From Zygophlyctis sp. KS116 (Eukaryota > Fungi > Chytridiomycota), in assembly GCA_054661495.1 (NCBI GenBank), contig BAAFSQ010000001.1, positions 30,001 to 62,000 of the forward strand: a stretch of 32,000 bases of DNA, in the 5' to 3' direction. Positions 31,726 to 32,000 of the stretch are shown here, piece by piece (position 1 is the first letter of the stretch; every line of letters begins with the position of its first letter). Position numbers and translations under genes: made by a program. Under the pieces are notes generated by a model. That model ran no database searches. It saw only the letters and a program-made list of their open reading frames with translations, and was not told the origin of the DNA.

Positions 31726-32000
31726 ACTTTTGTATTTTAGCGCTTCCAATTCTACTTGTGTATCTAGGAATTCATCAAAATCATTTGTATCTTGTAGTTT
31801 TTGTAAAAGATCTTGTTTTAGAGTTTCAGACTCATCTATTAATGTACTTGAGCTTTTAGAAAGTATTGGATCAGACATGACACGTTGAGTTGATAAAGAT
31901 TTTTTGGAACGTTGTTTTCTTGGTGGTTTGGAGAGACCAGAGAGTTTATAGAGTGAGACAATACTGACTCTCAGGACGATAAGAAACAAGAAAAAATTGA
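31720..32000 (-). CDS. 3' end of an unknown gene entering from beyond the window (hydrophobic segment, then charged tail)
   Basis: Frame is open to the window edge (SIFFLFLIVLRVSIVSLYKL..ELEALKYKSL). Stop TAG at 31722-31720. Confidence 0.6.
   Translation of the reverse strand, partial: NFFLFLIVLRVSIVSLYKLSGLSKPPRKQRSKKSLSTQRVMSDPILSKSSSTLIDESETLKQDLLQKLQDTNDFDEFLDTQVELEALKYKSL

Overview
AT-rich, extremely compact eukaryotic DNA, most likely from a zoosporic early-diverging fungus (chytrid-like; inferred from fungal-type housekeeping genes, a CatSper-gamma homologue and Crinkler-type genes). It uses the standard genetic code. The fragmented ORF track is explained by very short GT-AG introns: I traced 54 by hand. 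53 are 23-33 nt (mean about 27) and the Crinkler one is 31 or 40 nt. About 21 protein genes are present: IMP peptidase, eRF1, KHA1-like antiporter, aldo-keto reductase, RNF216-like RBR ligase, CatSper-gamma-like protein, PTPA, Rad5/HLTF-like helicase, RluA pseudouridine synthase, a Crinkler NTPase-REase, eIF3c, NSA1/WDR74, PLAC8, TOM40, VPS23, a catalytically degenerate alpha/beta hydrolase and several orphans. There are also two identical divergent tRNA-Arg(ACG) genes. Main points of interest: (1) ciliate/microsporidia-sized introns at high density; (2) an 11-intron, ~1004-aa CatSper-gamma homologue that the ORF track does not show as one gene; (3) a Crinkler gene bracketed by a 149-bp near-perfect direct repeat, next to a decayed Crinkler relic; (4) overlapping or near-touching genes. 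All gene models and homology calls come from manual translation and motif recall, with no database searches.
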